The notes: generated from the sequence alone by a model not told the origin. A stretch of DNA of 64,000 bases from Candidatus Giovannonibacteria bacterium (GCA_016432405.1 CP066687.1:586629-650628), one strand, 5' to 3'; positions 9,812-19,161 are shown, counted from the stretch's first letter. Program-made: numbers and translations.

Positions 9812-10930
9812 TTAAAACTCCCTTAAGGCGAGGCCCACGGCGCTCGCGAAGGCCGCGCCAACTTCTTTTAACGCCGGCTCCAAAAATGCCGGATAAACAA
9901 CTTTTGAAAAGGGGTTCGCGACTAAAACTTCCACCCCGAATTTTTTTACAAACACATCCCCCACCCCCTTAAGCATTGCTCCTCCGCCCCCCAAAACCAC
10001 TTTGGACACCGCCCGGCCGCCGCGCCTTTTCCAATCCAGCAAAAACCTTTCGCCCTCGGAAGCCCAAAGCTCAACTAAGGGCTCAATCACCGAGGCCACG
10101 CCTTCCGTCTCCGGCCGGCGGATTACTCCGCTTTCCCTTTTTAAAATCTCCGCTCTCTCCCAATCCACCCCCAAGGACTGCGAAAGCGCCAAGGTAAGCT
10201 CCTGCGAGCCGCGGTCAAAGCTGTGCGAAGCCCTTACCACTCCGCCGTCGGCGATTGTCATCTTCACCGAAGAAGCGCCTATATCCATCAAAAGCACCGC
10301 CCCGAAATCGCGCTTTAAAGCCGCGCGGGCGAAAGAAAACACTTCTATCTCAAAGGCGACCGCGGCGAATCCTGCGCCGTCAAAAATGCCTTTGTATTTC
10401 AAAATCGTTTCTTTGGGCACGGCAGCCAAAAGCACTTTGTGGAATTTTCTTTTTCCGGAGCCGATTGAAGTTTCGGAGGCCTCTCTGCTCTCCGGCGGCA
10501 AAATCCACCAATCCATTATCACTTCGCTTACAGGTATGGGAATATATTTCCGCGCTTCGTACGGCACGGCTTCTTTCATATTTTCCTCGCTCATCTCCGG
10601 CAAATCCATTGAGGTGAGAAAGCTGTCTTTTAAAGGAATGGAAACAATGGCCGCCTTGGCGCTCACTTGTGACTCCCGCGCGATGTCTTTGAGCGCCTCG
10701 GTAAGCTTGGTGTCAATAAGCCGAACCGACCGGCTGACGTTGCCGTCGCCGTATTTAGCAAGCGACAGCTCTCCATAGGTCTCCAGAATCGCGCGTTCAC
10801 GCTCCTTCCGAAGCTGAACGAGCTTAATGGAAGACGTTCCGATATCTACGCCCAAGAACCGGCTTTCACGCTTAAAAAGCTGGGATGGGTTTTTTAGGCC
10901 AAACTTTTCCAATAGCGACGCGAAATCCAT
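9812..10930 (-). CDS. pilM: type IV pilus assembly ATPase-like protein PilM
   Basis: Actin/FtsA-like fold signature FLGVDIGTSSIKLVQL near N-terminus; ~370 aa. Confidence 0.75.
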   Translation of the reverse strand: MDFASLLEKFGLKNPSQLFKRESRFLGVDIGTSSIKLVQLRKERERAILETYGELSLAKYGDGNVSRSVRLIDTKLTEALKDIARESQVSAKAAIVSIPLKDSFLTSMDLPEMSEENMKEAVPYEARKYIPIPVSEVIMDWWILPPESREASETSIGSGKRKFHKVLLAAVPKETILKYKGIFDGAGFAAVAFEIEVFSFARAALKRDFGAVLLMDIGASSVKMTIADGGVVRASHSFDRGSQELTLALSQSLGVDWERAEILKRESGVIRRPETEGVASVIEPLVELWASEGERFLLDWKRRGGRAVSKVVLGGGGAMLKGVGDVFVKKFGVEVLVANPFSKVVYPAFLEPALKEVGAAFASAVGLALREF

Positions 10931-10967
10931 TGCTCATAATTCTAGCATCTGATTTAATAATACCACA

Positions 10968-11729
10968 ATGAACGGCTTCCGTGAAAGGATTATCCACACA
11001 TCCCGCCTCATCGGCGGGCGGGTTTTAGACCTCTTTTTCCCCCAAAAATGCGTTTCCTGCTCCAAGCCCGGCGAGACATTGTGCGCCGCCTGCCGCAGCG
11101 CGCTCTTCAGGCCCGGCGGGCAGTGCTTAGTATGCGGGTTCAGGAATAACGACGGAAAAATTTGCCGCGAGCACCGCCTGGGGAAGTTAAAGATTCTTTG
11201 GGCCGGGAGATACGACGGCGCGCTCAAAGACGCGGTCTGGAATTTAAAATATAAAAACAGAAAAGCGCTGGCGGAGCCGCTTGCCAAGATGCTTTTTCAA
11301 AAATTCTCCGAGATGTTTCCGACTGCCTTGCCAAGTCAAGGCGGGGATTTCAAAAACGAAAATTTTATAATCGTCCCTGTCCCGCTCCACAAAAACAAAT
11401 TGCGCCGGCGGGGATTCAACCAAGCCGAGCTTTTGGCCCGCGGGTTTTCAAAACTTTCCAATATCCAACTCCTAACCGGCTCACTTCTAAAAATAAAAGA
11501 AACCCCCGCGCAGGTGGATGTCCAAAACAGAGAAACGAGATTAAAAAATCTGGATGGGGCGTTTTCGGCAGATTCTGAAAAACTTACGGCTTACGGCGTA
11601 GGGCATAAAGCAATTATTTTAATTGACGACGTTTCAACCACCGGCGCGACTCTAATCCATGCTTCAGCCGCGCTTCAGCGCGCAGGCGCCCAAAAAATAA
11701 TCGGGCTTGTTGCTGCGCACGGGGGGTAG
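10968..11729 (+). CDS. comF: ComF family protein (double zinc ribbon + phosphoribosyltransferase domain)
   Basis: CVSCSKPGETLCAACRS...CLVCGF zinc ribbon, then a PRTase motif IILIDDVSTTGATL. Confidence 0.75.
   Translation: MNGFRERIIHTSRLIGGRVLDLFFPQKCVSCSKPGETLCAACRSALFRPGGQCLVCGFRNNDGKICREHRLGKLKILWAGRYDGALKDAVWNLKYKNRKALAEPLAKMLFQKFSEMFPTALPSQGGDFKNENFIIVPVPLHKNKLRRRGFNQAELLARGFSKLSNIQLLTGSLLKIKETPAQVDVQNRETRLKNLDGAFSADSEKLTAYGVGHKAIILIDDVSTTGATLIHASAALQRAGAQKIIGLVAAHGG
11700..11729. repeat. direct repeat copy 1 (comF 3' end atcgggcttgttgctgcgcacggggggtag)
   Basis: 23/23 identical plus 5/7 following nt to copy at 12572-12601. Confidence 0.8.
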
Positions 11730-11759
11730 TGATCCCGCACAGCGGGACTACTACCCCCC
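11721..11759. terminator. nested perfect hairpin (ggggggtagt...cccgcacagcggg...actacccccc) after comF stop
   Basis: 9-bp outer stem enclosing a 5-bp inner stem. Confidence 0.4.
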
Positions 11760-11818
11760 ACGGATAAAAAAGAGGCGGCCGTTCTTAACGGACGCCCCAA
11801 AAACAACTTGCTTTAGAG

Positions 11819-12112
11819 TTAGAGGACTTCAGAAATCTGGTCTCGTTCGACCCAAACATGTTTGCCGTCGTGTAAATAATCCACATCCGTTACTTCGACG
11901 TCGGTCTCGAGGTCAACCGTGGCTTTTGCTCCAAAATGCAGCGGTGGCTTAAGGCCAGTAATACGCCCCTCGCATGAGATCAGCCCGAAAATAAATTTGA
12001 CTCTCTGGCCAATCTTTAGAGGAATGCAATACTTCTCATGTTTCTTTATCAACTTGCTGTCTTTGGAGCTTTCCCCACATATCTCACAATAGAAAACATA
12101 AAACTTTTTCAT
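11819..12112 (-). CDS. hypothetical small Cys-containing protein
   Basis: RBS aaaggagaata before ATG; CEICG...C...C pattern; 1-nt spacer to upstream ORF; no recognised family. Confidence 0.4.
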   Translation of the reverse strand: MKKFYVFYCEICGESSKDSKLIKKHEKYCIPLKIGQRVKFIFGLISCEGRITGLKPPLHFGAKATVDLETDVEVTDVDYLHDGKHVWVERDQISEVL

Positions 12113-12113
12113 T

Positions 12114-12482
12114 CTATTCTCCTTTCCAGCGCTTCCACAATTCTCGTGCTTGTTTTCTTGACTCGCGGTCGATGGCTTCCGGGTCGCCGCCCGCCGCCCG
12201 AATCAAGCGGTTGATATCTTCGTCGGTGTACAGCTTAAATATAATTTCATCCGCCACGGCTTCCGGAAGTTCTGCCGGCTTGACGTCCTTGCCATACTTG
12301 CAGTTTAGGCCAGTCCTGCATGGACCTACGGAGCGGACCTCTGTCTTTCCGGACACCTCGCCTCTTTCTGGTGTCGCCACATAATAATGTTTGACACCGT
12401 CGCATAGTTCATAGTGTTCCATTCTTGGACCAATCGTACCCGATGTATGAGACATGCCGTATTTCTTCCAAGTTACGTCCAT
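12114..12482 (-). CDS. hypothetical protein (122 aa from MDVTWKKYG)
   Basis: Strong RBS aacaggaggttgat before internal ATG of the 144-aa ORF; translationally coupled to downstream ORF. Confidence 0.4.
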   Translation of the reverse strand: MDVTWKKYGMSHTSGTIGPRMEHYELCDGVKHYYVATPERGEVSGKTEVRSVGPCRTGLNCKYGKDVKPAELPEAVADEIIFKLYTDEDINRLIRAAGGDPEAIDRESRKQARELWKRWKGE

Positions 12483-12571
12483 ATCAACCTCCTGTTTGAG
12501 AAAAATATAACCCAAAGCCATGCTAGCACATAGCTCCGGGTTTAACAAGATGCAGGTTTTGCGTAACCATC

Positions 12572-12601
12572 ATCGGGCTTGTTGCTGCGCACGGAGGATA
12601 G
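12572..12601. repeat. direct repeat copy 2 (duplicated comF 3' end, encodes IIGLVAAHGG*)
   Basis: See copy 1 at 11700-11729. Confidence 0.8.
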
Positions 12602-12618
12602 CGGTAAAATGAAGGCAT

Positions 12619-13608
12619 ATGTGGAAAAAACTGTTAGTCCCGGCTTTAATCGTAATCGTGGCGGCGGGCTTAATAATATGGCTGGCGGGGCCAAGCCAAA
12701 AACAGCCCAAAAACTACAGGATAGGAATTATAAAACCCTCCCCCTCTCTTGAGCCGGCCGTAAAAGGATTTAAATCCGAGATGGCAAAATTGGGGTATAA
12801 AGAAGGTGTGAATTTGGAATACGTCGCGGCAGAGGCGGCGCAGGACAAAGCGGCCACCGAAGAGCGCCTCAAAGCATTAATTGAGTCCCCGGTGGATTTA
12901 ATAGTCGTAACCGGCGTGCGCGAAACGCGCTCAATCAGGGAAGCCACGGAAAAATTTTCTCCGTCGCTCCCCGTCGTGTTCGGAGTGGTTTCCGATCCGG
13001 TTGGCAGCGGCGTCGTTAAAGCCATCCAAAGCTCCGGCAACAATCTAACGGGGGTCACCCCGGCCAATGAGATATTGGTCGCCAAGCGGGCAAAGCTGGT
13101 TTTAGGCCTTGTGCCGTCAGCCAAGCGCCTGGTTATGGCCTGGAATAATCCGAACACCAGCGGAATAGAAAATCTTCGCGCGCAAATAAAAGAGCTCGGG
13201 GTGGAACTTTTTGACAAAAAAGTCAACGACGCGAAAGAATTAGATAATTTTTTGGCGACGTTCAGGCCGCGGCCGGGCGATATTTATATAAGAGCGACGG
13301 ACACCGTAAGCGCGGACAGGGTCAAAGAAATTGTTGAATGGGGGCTGAAAAATAAAGTGCCGGTTTCCGGCACCAACATCGGAGACGCGGAGCGCGGCGC
13401 CTTTATGAGCTACGGGGCGGATTATGAATCAATCGGCTTTCAGGTGGCGCGGCTGGCTGACAGAATTTTCAAAGGCGCCAAGCCGTCCGAATTGCCCATT
13501 GAGCCGCCGGGCAAAGTTGAATTGATAGTAAACTCCCAAACCGCCGAAAAGCTGGGCATCACAATCCCCCAATCCGCCGCAATCGGAGTGAATAAGTTCA
13601 TTAAGTAA
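12619..13608 (+). CDS. ABC transporter substrate-binding protein (ABC_sub_bind-type)
   Basis: N-terminal TM/signal anchor; periplasmic binding fold signatures (KNYRIGIIKPSP, VTGVRET, GTNIGDAERGAFMSYGADYESIGFQ). Confidence 0.55.
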   Translation: MWKKLLVPALIVIVAAGLIIWLAGPSQKQPKNYRIGIIKPSPSLEPAVKGFKSEMAKLGYKEGVNLEYVAAEAAQDKAATEERLKALIESPVDLIVVTGVRETRSIREATEKFSPSLPVVFGVVSDPVGSGVVKAIQSSGNNLTGVTPANEILVAKRAKLVLGLVPSAKRLVMAWNNPNTSGIENLRAQIKELGVELFDKKVNDAKELDNFLATFRPRPGDIYIRATDTVSADRVKEIVEWGLKNKVPVSGTNIGDAERGAFMSYGADYESIGFQVARLADRIFKGAKPSELPIEPPGKVELIVNSQTAEKLGITIPQSAAIGVNKFIK

Positions 13609-13725
13609 AATCCTCCGCTGTTACCTCAAAATAACCTTCAGTAATTCAGGAAATTCCTCTTCTTTTTTGAATTTTTCATAATCCGGTTCCCATTTATTTT
13701 TTTAGTACCCATAATTTTTGAATTT

Positions 13726-13813
13726 CGGAAGCGGGAGGATTCGAACCTCCGAGGGGCTTTTGGCCCCTAACGCATTAGCAGTGCGCTGCTTTAGACCGCT
13801 CAGCCACGCTTCC
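13726..13813 (-). tRNA. tRNA-Ser (anticodon GCT)
   Basis: Manual fold: acceptor ggaagcg/cgcttcc, anticodon loop cuGCUaa, long variable arm, T-arm ggagg-ttcgaat-cctcc. Confidence 0.85.
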
Positions 13814-13863
13814 ATAACTTCTGTAATTTAGCACAAAAATATATATTTTGCTATAATAACTCT

Positions 13864-14349
13864 ATGGATCCGAAAGAAGACCAAATCGGCAAGATATTCA
13901 TAAGCTGGGAGGCGCACGAATATTTCCACCACGAAAAAGGCAACGACTGGTATTGGTGGACAGGGCTTGCGGCGCTGGTTTTGCTGGGGCTCGCGATTTA
14001 CCAGAGCTCTTTCCTTTTCGGCGTTTTGGTTTTGGTGGGCTGGTTTACAATCGTGCTCTACGCCGTCCGCCCGCCGCGCACGCTGAAGTTCTCGCTCGCC
14101 GAGCGTGGGGTCTTGGTGGAGAAAACCCTCTACCCATGGCAGACGCTGAAGTCCTTTTGGATTTTTTACAACCCGCCGCTGCACAAGGATTTGTCTTTGG
14201 AATCAAAAAAAATGTTCGTTCCGTTCATCAAAATCCCTTTGGGCAAAATGGAGCCCCAAAAAGTCCGCGAGATTGTAATAAAATTCCTCCCCGAGGTTGA
14301 GCAGGAAGAATCGCTGATTGACAATCTCTCCCATTTGGCTAGGTTTTAA
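13864..14349 (+). CDS. hypothetical membrane protein
   Basis: Two hydrophobic helices after N-terminal region; no recognised family. Confidence 0.45.
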   Translation: MDPKEDQIGKIFISWEAHEYFHHEKGNDWYWWTGLAALVLLGLAIYQSSFLFGVLVLVGWFTIVLYAVRPPRTLKFSLAERGVLVEKTLYPWQTLKSFWIFYNPPLHKDLSLESKKMFVPFIKIPLGKMEPQKVREIVIKFLPEVEQEESLIDNLSHLARF

Positions 14350-14357
14350 TCGTGTTT

Positions 14358-14429
14358 GTCCCCATAGCTCAACGGATAGAGTGTGGGTTTGCGGAACCCA
14401 AGATCGAGGTTCGATTCCTCGTGGGGACG
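14358..14429 (+). tRNA. tRNA-Arg (anticodon GCG)
   Basis: Manual fold: 72 nt, acceptor gtcccca/tggggac, anticodon loop uuGCGga with G37, T-arm cgagg-ttcgatt-cctcg. Confidence 0.7.
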
Positions 14430-14439
14430 TAAAAACATA

Positions 14440-14466
14440 AAAAAGCCACGTATGTGGCCTTGATAT
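14440..14466 (-). terminator. rho-independent terminator on minus strand (ggccacatacgtggc + T6)
   Basis: Hairpin followed by ttttttatg when read on the minus strand; downstream of small ORF 14553-14681. Confidence 0.4.
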
Positions 14467-14552
14467 CGGGCTGGTTTTTCATTTTGCAAGAGTAATTTTA
14501 AACCCGATGGAGTCGAGTGAGTATGGCGAACTGAACGGATCCACAACTTTTC

Positions 14553-14681
14553 TCACGCCCGGGGAAATAATTTTTCTGATGCCACGGAGATTCGCTTTCT
14601 CCAGCTTTCTCCGTCCGGCACCAGGACGATACCGATAACTCTACCTTTTTCGTCTTTCAAAATCTCGTGCTTTATCTGCAT
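14553..14681 (-). CDS. small ORF, 42 aa (MQIKHEILKDEKGRVIGIVLVPDGESWRKRISVASEKLFPRA)
   Basis: Strong RBS gggaggag 5 nt before ATG; not in ORF track (<60 aa); palindromic operator-like site upstream. Confidence 0.3.
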   Translation of the reverse strand: MQIKHEILKDEKGRVIGIVLVPDGESWRKRISVASEKLFPRA

Positions 14682-14754
14682 AAGCTCTCCTCCCTTGGAT
14701 TTAAACAATCTAGAAATAAACTAGCAAATCCATTAAACTTGTCAACCCATAAGG

Positions 14755-14793
14755 TTACTAAGGTATTTTGACGATCGTTTAGTTACCTTAGTA
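14755..14793. promoter_or_regulatory. 11-bp perfect inverted repeat ttactaaggta-N17-taccttagtaa between divergent small ORF and recG
   Basis: Read directly from sequence; overlaps TTGACG -35-like hexamer. Confidence 0.35.
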
Positions 14794-14831
14794 ACTAGTA
14801 ATAAAGCGTGAAATAATTTAAACTTTGCAAT

Positions 14832-16949
14832 ATGGATTTGGCCACTCCTCTTGAGCAAATTTTTAAGCAACTGACGCCGAGGCAGAAAGCGGCGCTGAAA
14901 AACTTGGGGTTAAAAACGGTTCGCGATCTTTTGTACCATTTCCCCTACCGCTATGAAAATCCGGCGGATTTAAAAAAAATCGGCGAAGTTTTTGAGGGCG
15001 AAAAAGTGCGCATTTGGGGGCGCGTTAAAAAAATTGACTACGAAAAAACCTGGAAGAAAAAACTGAACATCGCCTACGCCACGGTTGAAGACCCGACCGG
15101 GCGGATTAGGATTGTCTGGTTCCGCCAGCCCTACATCGCTAAAATGCTCCCGGAGGGGGCTTGCGCCATTTTTTCCGGAAAAGTAGCGATGCGCGGGCAG
15201 GAAAAATATATCGCCAACCCGCTTTATGATATCGTCCCCTGTAGCGTGATACCGGCTTTTTCACGCGAGGATGCCGCAAAACTCCAGCCACTTTACCCCG
15301 CCACGGCGGGACTTTCCTCCCTTTGGATATCCAAGGCGATTTCAAGAATACTGCCCAAAATTGATGTCACCGAATTTTTGCCCAGAGAAATTGTCGGGAA
15401 ATACCATCTGCCGGAATTAAATACCGCGCTCCGCTGGGCGCATTTCCCAAAAACTGAAGACCACGCCTCGGCCGCGAAAAAACGCTTCGCGTTTGAAGAA
15501 GTTTTTTTGATGCAGCTCCTCCGAATGTCGCAAAAAGAGGAAATCAAAAAGGCCTCGGGCATAAAACTCACGGATATTGACTCTCTAAAAGACGAATTTA
15601 TTAAACTATTGCCTTTCGGGCTGACCGGCGCGCAAAAAAAAGCGGTTGAAGAAGTTTTAAAGGACTTAAAATCCGGCCATCCCATGAACCGGCTTTTGGA
15701 AGGCGATGTGGGAAGCGGCAAAACAGCCGTCGCCGGCTGCGCCGCCTACATCATCGCTAAAAATGGCATGCAGGCGACTTATATGGCGCCGACGGAAATT
15801 TTGGCGAGGCAGCATTTTGAAACCTTTTATAAATTGCTCACGGGCATGGGAACAAAAATCGGGCTTTTGACTTCATCCATCTCCGAAAAATTCCCTTCAA
15901 AAATAAATCTGAAGCTCTCCACGCACGTCTCCAAAAGCCAGCTTTTAAAATGGGTTCGCGAGGGCGAGATCCAAATTTTAATCGGCACGCATTCGCTCAT
16001 TGAAAAAAGCGTCGTGTTTAAAAAGCTGGGGCTCGCGATGGTTGACGAACAGCACCGGTTCGGCGTCATGCAGCGCTCGCGGCTTTTTAAAAAGTCTTCT
16101 TTAGCCCCTCATTTTTTGACTATGACCGCGACCCCGATCCCCAGAACGCTGGCTCTTACAATCTACGCTGATTTGGATGTTTCTTTAATTGATGAAATGC
16201 CCGCAGACAGAAAGCCGATTGAGACAAAAATTGTCCCGCCAAAAGAAAGAAATTTGGCGTATGAGTTTATAAGAAGCAAACTTGCCGAAGGCGGCCAGGC
16301 GTTTGTGATTTGCCCAAGAATTGAACCAAAAGACCCAAGCAAAGAAGGATGGATTAAAGCAGAGATGAAATCCGTTAAAGAAGAATATAAAAAACTGAAA
16401 GAAAAAATCTTTCCGGAGCTTGAAATCGGAATCATGCACGGTAAGCTCACTCCCAAAGAAAAAGAGGGAACCATGCGAAAGTTCCGTGAAGGAAAAATTA
16501 AAATCTTGGTTTCCACTTCCGTGGTTGAGGTCGGAGTAGACGTTCCCAACGCGACAATAATGCTCATTGAGGGCGCGGAGAGGTTCGGCCTTGCCCAGCT
16601 TCACCAATTTCGCGGAAGAGTGGGGAGAGGCGAAAAAAAATCTTACTGCTTTATTTTGGCCGGGAGTTATTCGGCCAATATTTTCAGGCGCTTAAAAGCG
16701 CTCACAACCGCCAAAACCGGGTTTGAACTCGCCGAATACGATCTGGAATTCCGCGGTGCCGGCGAGCTTGCGGGACATCGCCAATGGGGCATCTCCGACA
16801 TTGGGATGGAGGCCTTGCGGAATTTAAAAATGGTGGAAGCCGCCCGCACAGAAGCCCGCGCGATTATTGAAGAAAGGGCTTTAGAAAAATATCCGCTTTT
16901 ACAGGAAAAAATAAGGCGGCTCCAGACAGAACCGCTGCATTTTGAATAA
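14832..16949 (+). CDS. recG: ATP-dependent DNA helicase RecG
   Basis: 705 aa; wedge-domain N-terminus, helicase motifs GDVGSGKT and DEQHRFGV, C-terminal RecG-type helicase domain. Confidence 0.85.
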   Translation: MDLATPLEQIFKQLTPRQKAALKNLGLKTVRDLLYHFPYRYENPADLKKIGEVFEGEKVRIWGRVKKIDYEKTWKKKLNIAYATVEDPTGRIRIVWFRQPYIAKMLPEGACAIFSGKVAMRGQEKYIANPLYDIVPCSVIPAFSREDAAKLQPLYPATAGLSSLWISKAISRILPKIDVTEFLPREIVGKYHLPELNTALRWAHFPKTEDHASAAKKRFAFEEVFLMQLLRMSQKEEIKKASGIKLTDIDSLKDEFIKLLPFGLTGAQKKAVEEVLKDLKSGHPMNRLLEGDVGSGKTAVAGCAAYIIAKNGMQATYMAPTEILARQHFETFYKLLTGMGTKIGLLTSSISEKFPSKINLKLSTHVSKSQLLKWVREGEIQILIGTHSLIEKSVVFKKLGLAMVDEQHRFGVMQRSRLFKKSSLAPHFLTMTATPIPRTLALTIYADLDVSLIDEMPADRKPIETKIVPPKERNLAYEFIRSKLAEGGQAFVICPRIEPKDPSKEGWIKAEMKSVKEEYKKLKEKIFPELEIGIMHGKLTPKEKEGTMRKFREGKIKILVSTSVVEVGVDVPNATIMLIEGAERFGLAQLHQFRGRVGRGEKKSYCFILAGSYSANIFRRLKALTTAKTGFELAEYDLEFRGAGELAGHRQWGISDIGMEALRNLKMVEAARTEARAIIEERALEKYPLLQEKIRRLQTEPLHFE

Positions 16950-16951
16950 AA

Positions 16952-18511
16952 TTATTTCCTGTGTTTCGGGGTTATCCAAAAACCCATATATTTGCCGAGC
17001 ATGAGGCGGGTCTGGGCGTCTAATGCGGGAATCGCGCCGAAGGCGATGATGGTAAACGGCACCAAAATCCATTGTAAAACCATGCTCATCGTCCGCAATT
17101 TTCCATAATGCGGCGGGCGCGGAGGCAGAAGCTGCATTGAAATTATCGCTGAAGTAACCAGCCCCACCATCGCGAAAGTCATAATCGTGCGGGTGATTGT
17201 CGGCAGATTGTACGCCAAAACCAAAGTGTTAAATTCCCTTCCCCCCAAAAACACCGGGAGCCATCCTAAAGCAAAAAGCAAAAGCGCGTTCGTGGACCAG
17301 GACCAGTATCCCTCAACCATATTAAAAATATAATATGCCTTGGTACGGAAAGGGATTTTTTTATTCTTCAAAAATCCGAAGGCGACGTAAGGGAAATTCT
17401 CCACACCCCACGCCCAGCGCCTTTGCTGGCGGTAAACGTTTTTTACGGTGCGCCAAAAAGTCGGCGCCAAATTCGCGTCCATAGAAACCGGGTAAGAAAG
17501 CGGGATGGATTCGTATCGGCCGTCATAGAAAAGAAGTGAATTCCAGAAAATCCGCGAATCCTCGGATACGATATTTGTCTGCCAAAAATCCAAATCGACA
17601 AGCGTTTTAAAGCTCATGGAGTGCGATGAAAAGGTGACCATGCGCTCCGGCCGTTCCTGCTGCATCATCTGCCAGAAAGTGCCAGATGTCGCGACAACCC
17701 GAGAGAGCGCCGGCGCGGCCCAGATGTTATTGTTGAAAACCGGCACTGGCTGATAGGAGGCCTGTACCGGATTTTTTGCGGCAAGAAAATGCCAGGCGAG
17801 ACACTCAAAATACTGCGGATAAATCTGCGTGTCTATGTCAAAGGAAGATACAATTATGTTTTCGTAAGGGATTTTTCGCGGGTCTATAAAAATCCTTTTT
17901 GCTTCCCTGGCCGCCCAGGTTTCATTCCCCCCTTTGCCCGGTATCTCGCCCTCCAGGCCCGCGGAATGCATTGTTGAGAAAATATTGGGCAGCGAGCTGC
18001 CGAATTCAGCCAAAATTTTCTCCGCCACTTCCCTGCCGTGCCCGCCGTACCGCTCCTCGTAAGAGAGCGCGATTATCATCCTCTCCTTTGGCCAGGCACT
18101 TTTCAAAATCGCCTCAACGGAGCTTTTTACCACTTCGCGGGATTCGTTGGCCATCGGGAAAACAACCAAGTGCCAGACATGTTCCGCGCGTAAGCGGCGC
18201 AATCTTTCCGCCCAGTCAGTCCCGAGGTGCATTTTCATCCTCCCGGCGTTTGCCCGCAGATGCAGCGACAAAAAAACGGTTTTCACAAGCCAGTAAAGGT
18301 CAAAAATAATTATAAAAAAGGCGGCATAGACCGGAATAAAATAAGAAGCCAAAAACATTCCCGAAAGCGTCCCCCACGCTAAAGCCCCCGGAAAGATTTC
18401 CAGCGCGCGGTAAATCAGCCGGTCCCTTCCCGCGAGTTCCGGCGAGAACGCTATTTTCAGATAAGATTTTTTATTTTCCATTATGAAATTAAGAATATCA
18501 AAAAACAACAA
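16952..18511 (-). CDS. membrane glycosyltransferase, family 2 processive type (QxxRW)
   Basis: QQRRWAWG motif characteristic of processive GT2 synthases; multiple TM helices at both ends. Confidence 0.6.
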   Translation of the reverse strand: MLFFDILNFIMENKKSYLKIAFSPELAGRDRLIYRALEIFPGALAWGTLSGMFLASYFIPVYAAFFIIIFDLYWLVKTVFLSLHLRANAGRMKMHLGTDWAERLRRLRAEHVWHLVVFPMANESREVVKSSVEAILKSAWPKERMIIALSYEERYGGHGREVAEKILAEFGSSLPNIFSTMHSAGLEGEIPGKGGNETWAAREAKRIFIDPRKIPYENIIVSSFDIDTQIYPQYFECLAWHFLAAKNPVQASYQPVPVFNNNIWAAPALSRVVATSGTFWQMMQQERPERMVTFSSHSMSFKTLVDLDFWQTNIVSEDSRIFWNSLLFYDGRYESIPLSYPVSMDANLAPTFWRTVKNVYRQQRRWAWGVENFPYVAFGFLKNKKIPFRTKAYYIFNMVEGYWSWSTNALLLFALGWLPVFLGGREFNTLVLAYNLPTITRTIMTFAMVGLVTSAIISMQLLPPRPPHYGKLRTMSMVLQWILVPFTIIAFGAIPALDAQTRLMLGKYMGFWITPKHRK

Positions 18512-18537
18512 AATAAAAAGCCCGACTTGCGCCGGGG

Positions 18538-19065
18538 CTACTGCAAAAAAGCTATGCGCGGCAGCTCAACTTTTCCGTTCGCCACCTCTTCGGGAAGAGC
18601 GACTGAAGCAGTCAAAACCTGTTCGTTTTTGTAGATTACTTCAATCTTGGAAGATTCCCTCAACTTTAGATCGGCGCGGAGCATGGCGTCTCTCCGAAAC
18701 ATATCTTCTATTAAAAGAATCCGCTCCCAGGGATATTTTCCGTAATCGTAAAACATTTCTATTTTTTCCGCGCCTGTTTGCTGGATGCCGCTCCATGACC
18801 CTTTTCTGCCGGAAACTTTTCTTCGCACTAATTTTAGAAGACTGTCGTGCAAAAAATTAATCTGGAACTCCGGACCTTCCAAAACTATGGCCGGCCAAGA
18901 ATCAAACACATCTACCGGCGACAAAACGACGACGGGGCTTCCGGGAAAAACATCTTTGAGCACAACGCGCTGGTCATCGGCAAAACCTAAAAATGGCCTT
19001 GAAGCAAATATTCCGCGTTTTCTGTTTTTAAAAAGCTCGTCCAAATACGTTTTGTCAAAAGCCAT
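18538..19065 (-). CDS. hypothetical protein
   Basis: ORF with typical coding composition; no recognised domain. Confidence 0.4.
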   Translation of the reverse strand: MAFDKTYLDELFKNRKRGIFASRPFLGFADDQRVVLKDVFPGSPVVVLSPVDVFDSWPAIVLEGPEFQINFLHDSLLKLVRRKVSGRKGSWSGIQQTGAEKIEMFYDYGKYPWERILLIEDMFRRDAMLRADLKLRESSKIEVIYKNEQVLTASVALPEEVANGKVELPRIAFLQ

Positions 19066-19161
19066 ATTATGCCCCCTTCAATCTCCAAAATCTAATTATG
19101 AAACTATCACATGTAATAAAAAATAAAAAGGGTTGGTGATAACGCCAACCCATTACACAGC

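Noticed and set aside
14346-14546. 66-aa minus-strand ORF
   Set aside because: Runs across tRNA-Arg and a terminator hairpin; no RBS; spurious.
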